Origin: Candidatus Sigynarchaeum calidifontis
GTDB lineage: Archaea > Asgardarchaeota > Lokiarchaeia > Sigyniarchaeales > Sigyniarchaeaceae
DNA length: 26,210 bases
Reading direction: 5' to 3'
NCBI GenBank assembly: GCA_030587475.2
Contig: JAUQYZ020000004.1
Coordinates: forward strand, 1-26,210
Part shown: positions 24,312 to 26,210 of the stretch, piece by piece
Numbering within the stretch: position 1 is the first letter of the stretch
Layout of the letters: each line of letters begins with the position of its first letter
Notes under the pieces: model-generated
What the model was told of the DNA's origin: nothing
The model's database searches: none
What the model saw: only the letters and a program-made list of their open reading frames with translations
Made by a program: the position numbers and the translations under genes

Positions 24312-24819
24312 GTTTCACGAAATCTGGCTCGTACCCCGTCAACAAGAGATTTGAGCTCGCCGTCGCCACGGGGTTCCCGTCCTTGTCCTTGAGCTCTGCA
24401 ATCGCGTTCACGATCGTGCGTCCTTCACGGGCGATCTTCCCCCTGGCGATGACGACCTCGCCGACCTTGACCTTGCCGAGATAATTCACGTTCATGTCGA
24501 TGCTCAAGAGGAAGCCCTTGTGGCCGAGGGTCGCGGAGGTCATGCCGATCACGTCATCGAGCATGGCGCACATCATGCCCCCGTGAAGCAAACCCGTCGG
24601 GTTCGCCATCTCGGGCCGCACGACGTGTTCCACGGTTACCTCGCCACGCGCCGCGGCGACTATCCTGCCGTTGAGCCATTTCGTGAATGGCGGGACGGGA
24701 AAGCCTGCTAGCGGCTGGTCCTTGATGGCCTGGAAGAGATCGAGGATGCGCGTTGACCGGGCATCCGTCTCCTCCTTGTTCTCCGGTTGATTGCATGCAC
24801 CTGGCATGGGCGTGCTCAC
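24301..24819 (-). CDS. PaaI-family hotdog-fold thioesterase
   Basis: NPTGLLHGG....LDD, SIDMNVNYL and REGRTI motifs. Start uncertain. Confidence 0.9.
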   Translation of the reverse strand: MSTPMPGACNQPENKEETDARSTRILDLFQAIKDQPLAGFPVPPFTKWLNGRIVAAARGEVTVEHVVRPEMANPTGLLHGGMMCAMLDDVIGMTSATLGHKGFLLSIDMNVNYLGKVKVGEVVIARGKIAREGRTIVNAIAELKDKDGNPVATASSNLLLTGYEPDFVKHVG

Positions 24820-24882
24820 GTTGTAATATCGGATCGAAAAAATAAAAGCGTGGAAGAGATCATCCGGCAGGTATAGCGCGTC

Positions 24883-25575
24883 CTAGAACCCGTTATCCTT
24901 CAAGTGCTCGTTGATGAACTCTTTCACCTTTTCCGCGCCGCTATAAACGCCAAAATGTCCCTCGCACAAGATGTCAGCACCAAGGCCGAGCAATATTTTC
25001 ATGCTGTTTGCCCAGGTCTTGATGTCGGACTTGAACTCTTCTAAAAAAGGCCCGTGGATGTCTTGCCCGAACAGCACCTTCTTCCCGTCGTCCGAGACCA
25101 CCGCGGCGATGGATCCCGGCGTGTGGCCAGGGGTGTGGTAGATGGTGAATTTCGTCCCCCCGAGGTCCATCTCCTCAACATCCTTTGTCAAGACGATGTC
25201 GACCTTCACGGGCGTGTAGGTGGCGTGGTAGCCCGCGGCGGCAGTCATGGCTTCCGTGCCTGGTTTCCCCTCGATGGCGTCGGCATCCAGCTGGTGCGCG
25301 ATGACCTTCATGTTGGGCATGATCTTCTTGAACTGCCACGCGGCACCGGCGTGGTCATAATGCGCGTGCGTGAGAATTAAATGCGAGATCTTGTCCGGAA
25401 ACCCTGCCTCCTTGATGTTTTTCATTATCATGCCGCCGTAGGACGTGCCCGCATCGATCAGGCATACTTCCTTGTTTGCAAGGCGGACCGCATAGATGTT
25501 GCAATCGTTCATGCCGCTCAACGTTCCGGAGCCGACCATGACGATGTTGGATGTCACAATCACTGGTTTTGCCAT
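24883..25575 (-). CDS. MBL-fold metallo-hydrolase
   Basis: LIDAG, THAHYDHAG, TPGHTPGS, LFGQDIHGP and LCEGH motifs. Confidence 0.92.
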   Translation of the reverse strand: MAKPVIVTSNIVMVGSGTLSGMNDCNIYAVRLANKEVCLIDAGTSYGGMIMKNIKEAGFPDKISHLILTHAHYDHAGAAWQFKKIMPNMKVIAHQLDADAIEGKPGTEAMTAAAGYHATYTPVKVDIVLTKDVEEMDLGGTKFTIYHTPGHTPGSIAAVVSDDGKKVLFGQDIHGPFLEEFKSDIKTWANSMKILLGLGADILCEGHFGVYSGAEKVKEFINEHLKDNGF

Positions 25576-25690
25576 TCTTGGACTGCCTCCGTTACCATTT
25601 CTCGTGGCTGGACGGTAGATATATCTCTCCTTTGAATAATAAGAATCTTCGCCTTTGTCAGCGATAGGTTCTAATCATCCACGGGGACTC

Positions 25691-25698
25691 TTTTTATA
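25691..25698 (+). promoter_or_regulatory. Putative TATA box of the Alba-like gene (leaderless spacing)
   Basis: TTTTTATA ending 24 nt before ATG 25722. Confidence 0.5.
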
Positions 25699-25721
25699 CG
25701 CATCACAGCGAGGAACTCGAG

Positions 25722-26012
25722 ATGAAGGATCTAACAATATCCGACAACAACGTGCCAAGCTATCTAAAGGAATTGGAGGCCTTCCTCGGCGATCCGTCGT
25801 CCAAGCGATGCGTTCTCACCGCACAAGGTAGGAATATTAACACGCTCGTTGATGTTTGCTTGAAATTCCGCGATCAAAATGCAAAGGTCATCAAGATCGA
25901 TGACATATCCATCAGCACGGTCAAGGGCCTGCCCGTCAAGGCTGGTGATTATCCCAAGAACTTGAGCATGATGAAAATCGTCCTGGTCAAAAAAGAGAGC
26001 CTCAAGGAATGA
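25722..26012 (+). CDS. Divergent Alba-family DNA/RNA-binding protein
   Basis: 96 aa. VLTAQGRNINTLVDV resembles the Alba motif IKARGRAISKAVDV, with IDDISIST and NLSMMKIVL resembling VS.IEIVL. Confidence 0.72.
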   Translation: MKDLTISDNNVPSYLKELEAFLGDPSSKRCVLTAQGRNINTLVDVCLKFRDQNAKVIKIDDISISTVKGLPVKAGDYPKNLSMMKIVLVKKESLKE

Positions 26013-26090
26013 AGGGCTGCGTAAATAGCTGCAAGCTGCTTTTGCGCGCGTGATCGCATGATTCATATCACCCGCGGGCGAATAGCACCC

Positions 26091-26210
26091 ATGGCACTGG
26101 ATCCGATACCGCTTTCTCATTCGAGAATCACGGGCGGCTTCTGGAAGGCGCGCCAGGACATCAAGCGCGACGTTTCCATCGCCGCGACATACACCCAGCT
26201 CTTGAACACG
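26091..26210 (+). CDS. N-terminus of a probable GH127 (beta-L-arabinofuranosidase-like) glycoside hydrolase, running off the window
   Basis: MALDPIPLSHSRITGGFWKARQDIKRDVSIAATYTQLLNT matches the L.P.P...V.I..GFW..R....R.V.I...Y..L..TG start of GH127 proteins. Alternative in-frame ATG at 26058. Confidence 0.65.
   Translation, partial: MALDPIPLSHSRITGGFWKARQDIKRDVSIAATYTQLLNT

Noticed and set aside
1-26210. CRISPR arrays, rRNA, transposases, integrases
   Set aside because: Intergenic gaps are short, and no regularly spaced repeats or mobile-element protein motifs were seen.

Overview
Gene-dense, mostly GC-rich window of about 26 protein-coding genes, probably archaeal. The evidence is an Alba-like gene, TATA-like boxes 25-35 nt before start codons, GGTGA ribosome-binding sites and a sequon-rich surface protein. 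PCI-like and Tubby-like domains suggest an Asgard (Loki-type) archaeon, but that is inference. Much of the window is carbohydrate catabolism: GH43, GH3, the start of a GH127, a uronate isomerase-like/class II aldolase/PfkB kinase operon converging on a phosphomannose isomerase-like cupin, and a DHDPS-family/HAD pair. It also carries a possible redox block (DUF2284, Cys-motif histidine kinase, FAD oxidoreductase, MsrA), argF, lipid-related enzymes (PlsC-like, alpha/beta hydrolase, PaaI) and a solitary DNA methyltransferase. The most notable items are: a 962-aa receptor-like membrane protein with three cytoplasmic PCI-type winged-helix repeats and a low-GC ectodomain; the neighbouring Tubby/LURP-like gene pair; a candidate isomerase-kinase-aldolase sugar-acid pathway; and an FAD-oxidoreductase 3' fragment missed by the ORF track. 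No tRNA, rRNA, CRISPR array or transposase was seen. All family calls come from motif recognition by eye, not database searches.
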